DNA of 64,000 nt from an uncultured Bacteroidales bacterium (GTDB lineage: Bacteria > Bacteroidota > Bacteroidia > Bacteroidales > GWA2-32-17). The notes beneath the pieces were generated by a model. It had not been told where the DNA came from. It ran no database searches and saw only the letters and a list, made by a program, of their open reading frames with translations. A program made the translations under genes and the position numbers. Of the stretch, positions 18,571 to 26,352 are shown piece after piece (within the stretch, counting starts at the first letter, position 1; each line of letters opens with the position of its first letter). Location of the stretch: the NCBI GenBank assembly GCA_937960415.1, contig CALGPK010000001.1, positions 4,952-68,951 on the forward strand, written 5' to 3'.

Positions 18571-19842
18571 CTATTCGTACAAAAAATCGTAAAACATTAT
18601 TTTCCCTGAAAATTGTAAAGTCCTAACCGTCTGAAAATTCGAAGAATTGATAAAAAACAACTGATTGTTCGAAACTGCTGTAAGCAGCATGCCGGTATCT
18701 TCGTATTTTAGCTGCTCCCAATCGATTGAGCTTTGAACTTCAAACAATGTAAGATATATAGGATTCACCTCGTAGAACTTCTGACCTAAAACCAAATATA
18801 TTTTGTTTTCAAACTTTATACCATTATGGTATAACACCTGATTTATTTCATGTTCTTTTGAAATAAAATTATTATCTGCCGTATATTTATGTAAAACAAC
18901 TCCATTAGATTTTTGCTCAATCACCAACCAACTGGAAGGCGACAGGTTAAATGCATCCACCAGTTTACCGTTAAAACAATAATTTTTCAACATAGTTGGC
19001 AATTCTATCCATGTTTGGGGCTCGGGGTAATATTCGCTTAATACGAACCATGTGTCGTTTGCTAAATTTATTTTAAACGGACTAAACAGTGTTTTTATAC
19101 TTAGCCGAATATTGGCGTCTTTGTCTATTGCATAAATAAAACCATTGGCATTGGTTATATAAAAATATGGATACAATATGGTTTTATCGAAGCGAAAAGG
19201 AGTACCGGCTTTTTTTAAATTTGTAATTTCCTTTTGTAGCACCCATTCAGGGTAATCATAAAATCTAGCAACACCATTCGAGTGAATACTAATAAAACGT
19301 GAGTGTATATAATCAAAAACTCCATCCTCAACATTCTGCAACGTATATTTTTTTTCAAAAACAAAACTGGTATCGCTTACATAAACATCGCAAAGCTGCA
19401 TATTTCCAACACCCACTACTAAACCCGCCAATCGTTTAGGTATAGCACGAATAATAATGGTTTTTGCTCCCCACGTTGTTTGATTACCATCATTAACCGC
19501 AACGGTCAACTGATACTCACCACCCGGTAACCATCGATTGGTCATTGGCAATCGTATATCTAAGTTTACATAATTACCTTGAAATATTCCACTCCAAACA
19601 TCCGACACTGTCATTTGATCATTGTTTTTTAAATATACCGATATGCTTAAACTTTTTGCTTTATCGTCTTTAATAATAGCCTTTACTTTTAACGTATCCA
19701 AAGCATTAAACTGCATAAATTCTTGAGGTTCAATTATATCTATTTGTGGAGATACATCTTCGACCGATTTTTTACACGATAACATGCAAATTATCAAAAC
19801 AAAAAACAAATATATTTTTGATTGCTTAAAAAAAACGTTCAT
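18571..19842 (-). CDS. Hypothetical lipoprotein (N-terminal Ig-like region plus beta-rich C-terminal region)
   Basis: Long ORF with the lipobox signal FVLIICMLSCKK. No catalytic motif recognised. Confidence 0.6.
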   Translation of the reverse strand: MNVFFKQSKIYLFFVLIICMLSCKKSVEDVSPQIDIIEPQEFMQFNALDTLKVKAIIKDDKAKSLSISVYLKNNDQMTVSDVWSGIFQGNYVNLDIRLPMTNRWLPGGEYQLTVAVNDGNQTTWGAKTIIIRAIPKRLAGLVVGVGNMQLCDVYVSDTSFVFEKKYTLQNVEDGVFDYIHSRFISIHSNGVARFYDYPEWVLQKEITNLKKAGTPFRFDKTILYPYFYITNANGFIYAIDKDANIRLSIKTLFSPFKINLANDTWFVLSEYYPEPQTWIELPTMLKNYCFNGKLVDAFNLSPSSWLVIEQKSNGVVLHKYTADNNFISKEHEINQVLYHNGIKFENKIYLVLGQKFYEVNPIYLTLFEVQSSIDWEQLKYEDTGMLLTAVSNNQLFFINSSNFQTVRTLQFSGKIMFYDFLYE

Positions 19843-19942
19843 ACAAAACCCAAAAAAATATTAACAATTTATTAACACAATATCAAAAATACAAAGTTCA
19901 TATTATTTTTCAAAAAATATTGGACTTCTCGGCTTTCTCACC

Positions 19943-19950
19943 TACTTTTG
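19943..19950 (+). promoter_or_regulatory. Candidate -7 box (TACTTTTG) upstream of dnaB
   Basis: TAnnTTTG match 16 nt upstream of the ATG at 19967. Confidence 0.35.
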
Positions 19951-19966
19951 AGTTAAAGATTAAGAT

Positions 19967-21460
19967 ATGGCTAAAAAACAGAAAATCAATAATCCAGTTG
20001 AACAAATTTTAGACGAACAAACCGGAAAATTGCCTCCACAATCAACCGAATTAGAAGAAGCTATTCTGGGAGCTATGATGATTGACAAAGACGCTTGCAA
20101 CACCGTTATAGACATATTAGCCCCCGAATGCTTTTACAACGAGGCTCATCGCAAAATATATATGGCCATAGTACACCTATATCGCAACATGCAACCCGTT
20201 GATTTATTAACCGTTAAGGACGAACTAACCAAGCGAAAAGAAATAAACGAAGTTGGTGGACCTTCTTATATAACCAAATTAACTACTCGAATAGCCTCCT
20301 CGGCACATGTCGAATTTCATGCACGCATTGTTTTACAAAAATACATTCAACGCGAACTCATTCGCATTGCAAACGAAATACAACGTAAAGCTTATAGCGA
20401 CGAAGAAGACGTTGATCAACTACTCGACGAAAGTCAAAATGCTTTGTTCAATCTTTCTTATGGCAGCGTTCGTCGCGAAGCTCTACCCATCGACACCGTT
20501 ATACACCAAGCCATAGAGCAGATTAAAGAAGCCGGCAAACGATCCGACAAACTCAGCGGAGTACCATCTGGCTTCGTCTCACTCGACCGTGTAACCTCGG
20601 GATGGCAAAAATCCGACCTGATCATTATAGCCGCACGACCCAGCATGGGTAAAACAGCATTTGTCCTAACTATGGCTCGCAACATGGCTGTTGATCACAA
20701 TTCACCTGTAGCTATCTTTAGCCTCGAAATGTCGTCGGTACAGTTAGTCAATCGTATCATATCTGCCGAAACCGAAATAGACGCAAACAAAATTCGAACC
20801 GGCGAACTCAGTCAAGACGAATGGATTCGACTCGAAAATAAAATTAAAAATCTCGAAAAAGCCAAAATCTTTATAGACGATACACCAGCCATCTCCATCT
20901 CGGCACTTCGTGCCAAAGCCCGTCGTTTAGTTGCACAGCATGGAGTAAAAATTATCATTATCGACTACTTGCAGTTAATGACAGGAAACTTCAACGACAA
21001 ATCGGCAGGCACACGCGAACAAGAAGTTTCGCAAATATCCCGATCTTTAAAAGCCCTTGCCAAAGACCTTGATGTGCCTATTATTGCTCTCTCGCAGCTC
21101 AATCGTTCGGTCGAAACTCGTAGTGGTACCAAGCGACCACAACTCAGCGACCTGCGCGAATCGGGAGCTATCGAACAAGATGCCGACCTTGTCATTTTTA
21201 TACACAGACCTGAATATTATGGACTCAAAGACGAAAGCTTGCCAAAAGGATTAACTCAAATAATAATCGCCAAGCATCGTAACGGAGCCGTTACCGATGT
21301 TGAACTTAAATTTGTTGAACGATTTGCCAAATTTACCGAATTCGACGATTATATCGAAGAAAATCATACCATGATACTCCCATCTAAAATGAATCAACAA
21401 AATAACGACTATTTCTCACCCAACACTTCACTCGACGACGATAGTATTGCACCATATTAA
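19967..21460 (+). CDS. dnaB: Replicative DNA helicase DnaB
   Basis: PPQSTELEEAILGAMM N-terminal motif, Walker A ARPSMGKTAF, and the IIIDYLQLM, SQLNR and RESGAIEQDAD motifs. No intein. Confidence 0.95.
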   Translation: MAKKQKINNPVEQILDEQTGKLPPQSTELEEAILGAMMIDKDACNTVIDILAPECFYNEAHRKIYMAIVHLYRNMQPVDLLTVKDELTKRKEINEVGGPSYITKLTTRIASSAHVEFHARIVLQKYIQRELIRIANEIQRKAYSDEEDVDQLLDESQNALFNLSYGSVRREALPIDTVIHQAIEQIKEAGKRSDKLSGVPSGFVSLDRVTSGWQKSDLIIIAARPSMGKTAFVLTMARNMAVDHNSPVAIFSLEMSSVQLVNRIISAETEIDANKIRTGELSQDEWIRLENKIKNLEKAKIFIDDTPAISISALRAKARRLVAQHGVKIIIIDYLQLMTGNFNDKSAGTREQEVSQISRSLKALAKDLDVPIIALSQLNRSVETRSGTKRPQLSDLRESGAIEQDADLVIFIHRPEYYGLKDESLPKGLTQIIIAKHRNGAVTDVELKFVERFAKFTEFDDYIEENHTMILPSKMNQQNNDYFSPNTSLDDDSIAPY

Positions 21461-21504
21461 ATCTATTTAACAAATAAGCAACCTGTTTTTTCGATTATTT
21501 TTAC

Positions 21505-21512
21505 TATATTTG
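21505..21512 (+). promoter_or_regulatory. Candidate -7 box (TATATTTG)
   Basis: TAnnTTTG match 20 nt upstream of the ATG at 21533. It lies inside the GTG-extended ORF of the track, which argues for the 21533 start. Confidence 0.35.
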
Positions 21513-21532
21513 CTATAGTGTATATTCGTAAT

Positions 21533-22792
21533 ATGAAAAAACTGCTATTCTTTATATTATCATTGCAAATTTTCAGTAATGTTTCTCGTTCAAACCATAT
21601 TCTTATTCCCATGGACGATAGTCAAGCCGATCATTTAAAAGCATACGGCATTGCATATTGGGTTTTGCAAAATGGTGTAGAAGTACAATGGTTGCTCAAT
21701 TACCGCGGAGGTAGCTTTATGATGCCATATAATATTAAAATTCAAAACGAATGCAATATCCGTGGTGTTACGTTCGAAATTATCACAACAGCAAAGGCAT
21801 CCGCTATTTTGGACGAAATTGCTCAACCCGAAATAAATATGGATGCCATAAAACTCGAAAAAGCGCCTAAAATAGCTGTATATGCCCCACCGAACAAACT
21901 ACCCTGGGACGATGCCGTTATGCTGGCATTAACCTATGCCGAAATACCTTATGAATTGATATATGACGAACAAATACTTAAAGGTGAATTATCGAAATAC
22001 GACTGGCTTCATCTGCATCACGAAGATTTCACCGGTCAATTCGGCAAATTTTGGAGCGCTTATCAAAACACTCAATGGTACCGAGAGGATGTCGAACGTC
22101 AAACCGAAACGGCACAACGATTCGGATTCCAAAAAGTTTCACAGCTTAAACTTGCAGTAGCAAAACGCATCAAGCAATACGTCTTTGATGGCGGATTTTT
22201 GTTTGCCATGTGTTCTGCTACAGATACCTACGATATAGCTTTAGCAGCTGAAAATACTGATATATGCGAAACACCTTTTGACGGCGACCCTGCCGACCCA
22301 CAGGCACAACAAAAATTAAATTACGATAACTGCCTTGCTTTCAGAAATTTCAAAATTATTACCAATCCCTACGAGTACGAACATTCTGACATAGATGTCT
22401 CTCATACACGAAAAATTCGTCAGGAAGATGACTACTTTACCCTTTTTGATTTTTCGGCCAAGTGGGATCCTGTTCCAACCATGCTCTGTCAGAACCATGA
22501 AAATATGATTAAAGGATTTATGGGACAAGCAACAGCTTTTAAAAAAGAACTAATTAAACCCAATGTACTCATCATGGGCGAAAATAAAGCCCTTAACGAA
22601 GTTCGTTATCTTTATGGCATCCATGGCAAAGGATTTTTTGTATTTTATGGCGGACACGACCCAGAAGATTACCAACATTTTGTATATGACCCACCAACCA
22701 AACTCGAACTATATAAAAATTCGGCCGGTTATAGACTTATTCTCAACAATGTTTTGTTCCCTGCTGCTAAGAAAAAGAAATTAAAAACTTAG
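21533..22792 (+). CDS. Conserved-looking secreted hypothetical protein (possible class I glutamine-amidotransferase/DJ-1-like fold)
   Basis: Start re-called to the ATG giving the signal peptide MKKLLFFILSLQIF. KIAVYAP...YDWLHLHHEDFTG...GGFLFAMCSA looks like a nucleophile-elbow Cys motif (inference only). Confidence 0.55.
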   Translation: MKKLLFFILSLQIFSNVSRSNHILIPMDDSQADHLKAYGIAYWVLQNGVEVQWLLNYRGGSFMMPYNIKIQNECNIRGVTFEIITTAKASAILDEIAQPEINMDAIKLEKAPKIAVYAPPNKLPWDDAVMLALTYAEIPYELIYDEQILKGELSKYDWLHLHHEDFTGQFGKFWSAYQNTQWYREDVERQTETAQRFGFQKVSQLKLAVAKRIKQYVFDGGFLFAMCSATDTYDIALAAENTDICETPFDGDPADPQAQQKLNYDNCLAFRNFKIITNPYEYEHSDIDVSHTRKIRQEDDYFTLFDFSAKWDPVPTMLCQNHENMIKGFMGQATAFKKELIKPNVLIMGENKALNEVRYLYGIHGKGFFVFYGGHDPEDYQHFVYDPPTKLELYKNSAGYRLILNNVLFPAAKKKKLKT

Positions 22793-22914
22793 CGTTTTTA
22801 AAGAATTCCATTTATAACTGTCTTTTATAAATCCCCACTGTTATTACGCTTTTGGTATTGGAGTTTCTTCTGCGAATTTGGTTTATCTGCTAGCTGACGG
22901 AAAAACAGAAACTT

Positions 22915-23000
22915 TTGCACGGGGAGATTGCTTCGCTCACTGCGTTCGCTCGCCATGACGGTGAGGGGTGGGGTGAGGGGTGGTTCGCACGCCATGAAAG
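22915..23000. repeat. Isolated GC-rich intergenic element with internal direct repeats and a perfect tandem 12-mer (GGTGAGGGGTGG x2, 22960-22983)
   Basis: GATTGCTTCGCTCACTGCGTTCGCTCGCCATGACGG-(GGTGAGGGGTGG)x2-TTCGCACGCCATGAAAG sits in an otherwise AT-rich 380-nt spacer. GTTCGCTCGCCATGACGG and GTTCGCACGCCATGAAAG are imperfect direct repeats. Confidence 0.5.
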
Positions 23001-23135
23001 CTCTACCTGCTTTTGATAATACTTCAACCTAAAAGTAAAAATAGTTTTGGCAAATATGCTATACTTCGAAAACGCAGATGCAAAGTAAACAGGACTGAAT
23101 TTTTATTCGTCTGTGTGTAATTGAAAAATTTAATG

Positions 23136-23143
23136 TACATTTG
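23136..23143 (+). promoter_or_regulatory. Candidate -7 box (TACATTTG)
   Basis: TAnnTTTG match 29 nt upstream of the ATG at 23173. Confidence 0.35.
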
Positions 23144-23172
23144 TTCTATGTTAAACTAAAATCATTTAAACT

Positions 23173-25551
23173 ATGAAAAAATTTTATCTATTAACAACGT
23201 TCTTACTTATGTTTTTGGTTTCATTCAACCAAACAACAACGCTGTTTTTCGACGACTTCGAAAGTGGCCTTAACAACTGGGTAAAAACAGGATCGTGGGG
23301 AACAACTACCACTCAATCGTATTCGCCCACACGTTCTTTAACCGAAAGCCCATCGGGCAACTACGGCAACAACTGGAACATCTACTGTGCCATGGCCAAC
23401 GGTGTTGACCTATCAACCTATCCAAGTGCTACCTTATCATTTTGGGCTACTTACAAAATCGAAGGCGGATTCGATTACATGTATCTCGAAGTTTCGACCG
23501 ACAATTTCGCAACTTACACTAAAATTGCAGAATTTACGGGAAATGAAAGCTCTCCTCTCCCTCCGTTTCAACAATACACTTACGATTTAGGAGGATTCTG
23601 CGGTAACAATAATGTTAAAGTTCGTTTCCGCTTTTTCAGCGATCAAGGATGGACTACCGACGGCATGTACATCGACGATTTTACCATCACTGCCAGTACC
23701 ATCGATCAGTCTGCACCACTCATTATTCACACTCCTGCACCTTTTTATGAAGGCACTCTGGATGACAAAACCATCGATGCACAAATAATTGATTTCAATG
23801 GGGTTAATCTAAGCAACACTTATCTTGCATATTCGGTTGACGGTGGAGCACCCATACAAGTTCCTGCTATTCATTTAAGCGGTAACAATTATCAATTCGT
23901 AATTCCTGCACAAGCACCCGGCAGCAAAGTTGATTATTACATATATGCAGAAGACAATTATTCAACACCCAATTCTATTACTTCACCAACATATACATAC
24001 ATTGCCGGTAACCACATCATTCAAGATAACGGACAAGTTGATTATTTCAGTCAAATTGGTCCCGGCGTAACATCCGGACCTAGCAATGCTGCTGCCGTAA
24101 AGATTTCTCTCGGCAATGCCGATTTAGTTGGTATGCTTATCCGAAACTACACCGACATAGACCATGCCAACGACAGTATGGAAATTCATGTTTGGGCAGA
24201 TAACAACGGACTTCCCGGAGCCGACCTCATCACTCCTTTCAAAGTTTTCCCCGCCGCAACATTAACCAATACCAGCGCTATGACATGGATTGACTTGCGT
24301 CCTTATGCTGCACAACTTTCTGGATTAACAGGAACTTACTATATTGGATTTTCAGTTCCCTCAGGAATTGTCAATATTACACTCACACAACCCGGTTCAT
24401 TCGGGCGTTCGTACATACAAACTTCTAACGGTTGGTTCTTAAGTCAAGGTACAAACGGAATTAACGATTATCATTTTAGAGCCATTACATCCCTCAATCA
24501 AGACATGGAAGGACCTATTATTGTAAACAACACCGTGCCTGTACATTGCGAAGCATCTCTCAATAGTCAAACCGTTAATGCCACCATTACCGATATGACA
24601 GGAGTAGCCAGTGCAACATTATACTACACATTAGACAACGGTTCCATTCAATCGCTTCAGGGAACCAACACAAGTGGCAATACATGGACATTTACTATAC
24701 CCGCACAACCCGCCGGAACATGGGTTAAATACTGGATATCTGCTACCGATGCCGTTACTCCCACACCTTTTACCTCTCAAACCGACACATTCCTATATAT
24801 TAGCGGATTATATCACAAATTCGACAACAACCAACCCGATGTTTATATTCCTATCGGCACACTTGCGCAAAATTATGCAGGGATTGCTGTTCGCCTCGAT
24901 TTCGGTTCTCAATACACCAATTTAACTACAGTGCTTATTCGTAATTACTATAGCACATCCAATCCATCCAATACCCCCAATAACCCTATGTCTGTAACCG
25001 TTTGGACTAATAACAATGGAACACCGGGTAACCCTATTATTACACCCTTAATTGTTAATTCAGAAGCAGGACCTAACAATCCTCTCGGACTAACCAAAGT
25101 TGATTTACGTAATTTTACAGCATTGCAAAATTTAACCGGAAGTGTGTTTGTTGGATTTACCGTCAACAACGGTAGCTGTGCTGTTTTAGGTACCCAAACC
25201 GGAACTTTTATGCGTACGTTTGTTAACAATGGTACACAATGGCAACTATCGCAAATGGATGCTCAAATCCGAGCTATTACCAGCCAGTTAACAACCAATA
25301 TTACACCACTTGAAGCAAACAACCTCATCGACATTTATCCTAATCCGGCTACCGAAATGGTTAACATTTATATCGATCGCTATACCAATGCTCAAATCAA
25401 CATTTATAACATTGGTGGTCAATTAATACAACAAATCCCTGTTAAACATGCCAACACACTCATCTATACAACTTCATGGACAAAAGGAATGTATCTATTA
25501 CAAATCGTTAGCGAAACCGGAACCTCATACCATAAACTTATGGTAGAATAA
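23173..25551 (+). CDS. T9SS type A (Por_Secre_tail) cargo protein with an N-terminal MAM/choice-of-anchor-J-like domain and an internally duplicated unit of about 270 aa
   Basis: Signal peptide. N-terminal LFFDDFESGLNNWVKTGSWG. C-terminal IDIYPNPATEMVNIYIDRYTNAQINIYNIGGQLIQ...GMYLLQIVSETGTSYHKLMVE. Two similar units both end ...RAITS. Confidence 0.85.
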   Translation: MKKFYLLTTFLLMFLVSFNQTTTLFFDDFESGLNNWVKTGSWGTTTTQSYSPTRSLTESPSGNYGNNWNIYCAMANGVDLSTYPSATLSFWATYKIEGGFDYMYLEVSTDNFATYTKIAEFTGNESSPLPPFQQYTYDLGGFCGNNNVKVRFRFFSDQGWTTDGMYIDDFTITASTIDQSAPLIIHTPAPFYEGTLDDKTIDAQIIDFNGVNLSNTYLAYSVDGGAPIQVPAIHLSGNNYQFVIPAQAPGSKVDYYIYAEDNYSTPNSITSPTYTYIAGNHIIQDNGQVDYFSQIGPGVTSGPSNAAAVKISLGNADLVGMLIRNYTDIDHANDSMEIHVWADNNGLPGADLITPFKVFPAATLTNTSAMTWIDLRPYAAQLSGLTGTYYIGFSVPSGIVNITLTQPGSFGRSYIQTSNGWFLSQGTNGINDYHFRAITSLNQDMEGPIIVNNTVPVHCEASLNSQTVNATITDMTGVASATLYYTLDNGSIQSLQGTNTSGNTWTFTIPAQPAGTWVKYWISATDAVTPTPFTSQTDTFLYISGLYHKFDNNQPDVYIPIGTLAQNYAGIAVRLDFGSQYTNLTTVLIRNYYSTSNPSNTPNNPMSVTVWTNNNGTPGNPIITPLIVNSEAGPNNPLGLTKVDLRNFTALQNLTGSVFVGFTVNNGSCAVLGTQTGTFMRTFVNNGTQWQLSQMDAQIRAITSQLTTNITPLEANNLIDIYPNPATEMVNIYIDRYTNAQINIYNIGGQLIQQIPVKHANTLIYTTSWTKGMYLLQIVSETGTSYHKLMVE

Positions 25552-25577
25552 ACCATTTATATTTTTCTAAAAAAATT

Positions 25578-25608
25578 CAGGCTGTCTCAATTGGCAGCCT
25601 GTTTTTTT
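25578..25608 (+). terminator. Rho-independent terminator after the T9SS cargo gene
   Basis: CAGGCTGTC-TCAAT-TGGCAGCCTG stem-loop followed by TTTTTTT, 27 nt after the stop codon. Confidence 0.6.
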
Positions 25609-25620
25609 ATGAATTTTTCA

Positions 25621-25628
25621 TACATTTG
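25621..25628 (+). promoter_or_regulatory. Candidate -7 box (TACATTTG) abutting the ATG at 25633
   Basis: TAnnTTTG ends 4 nt before the start codon, implying a leaderless or near-leaderless transcript. Confidence 0.3.
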
Positions 25629-25632
25629 TAAT

Positions 25633-26352
25633 ATGACCAAAAAAGGCACTTTATATATTATTCCAACACCATTAGGAGAACATATATCATCATTTTTTTT
25701 CAATAGATATTACTTGGATATACTTCAACAAACCAATATTTTTATTGTTGAAGAATTGCGAACTACTCGACGCTTATTACGAAAACTTATTCCCAATTTC
25801 CCCATCGACAATTGTACCTTCCTAATCTACAACGAACATAACCTTCAATCCAATCTCAATAATTTTATTGAACCTTTGCTCAACGGGCATAATGTTGCTT
25901 TAATGAGCGAAGCGGGCTGCCCAGCTATTGCCGACCCGGGCAATGCAATTATTCTCTTTGCACACAAACACGAAATTAAAGTTGTACCGCTTATTGGTCC
26001 GTCCAGCATTATTATGGCTTTGATGGCATCGGGACTTCCTGCACAATCGTTTAAATTTCATGGCTATTTGCCCGCTAAAACAAACGAACTTCAAAAAGCC
26101 ATACAAAAAATAGAAAAACAATCGAAAACAGAAAATATTACACAAATCTTTATCGAAACACCCTATCGAAATCAATCTATTTTTGAAAAAATTTTAAACA
26201 CATGCTCATCAAATACGTACCTATCAGTTTCCATTAATCTTACTCAGCCCGACGAATTAATTGTTACAAAAACCATCGAACAATGGCGTAAAAATGGTAT
26301 AATTATACCCAAAAATCCTGCTATTTTTATTATTTATTCCGGTAAGTTATGA
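25633..26352 (+). CDS. Tetrapyrrole-methylase-fold SAM-dependent methyltransferase (RsmI-related paralog)
   Basis: Start re-called, because the track's TTG start at 25591 lies inside the terminator hairpin. N-terminus GTLYIIPTPLGE...VEELRTTRRLL resembles RsmI-type enzymes. Also SEAGCPAIADPG. Confidence 0.7.
   Translation: MTKKGTLYIIPTPLGEHISSFFFNRYYLDILQQTNIFIVEELRTTRRLLRKLIPNFPIDNCTFLIYNEHNLQSNLNNFIEPLLNGHNVALMSEAGCPAIADPGNAIILFAHKHEIKVVPLIGPSSIIMALMASGLPAQSFKFHGYLPAKTNELQKAIQKIEKQSKTENITQIFIETPYRNQSIFEKILNTCSSNTYLSVSINLTQPDELIVTKTIEQWRKNGIIIPKNPAIFIIYSGKL

Noticed and set aside
22820-22995. Small ORFs reading through the GC-rich element: about 37 codons on the plus strand (…LHGEIASLTAFARHDGEGWGEGWFARHESSTCF) and about 58 codons on the minus strand (MACEPPLTPPLTVMASERSEAISPVQKFLFF…).
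   Set aside because: The plus-strand ORF has only non-ATG start candidates. Both products are low in complexity and dictated by the repeat. Repeat-derived pseudo-ORFs of this kind are a common annotation artefact.
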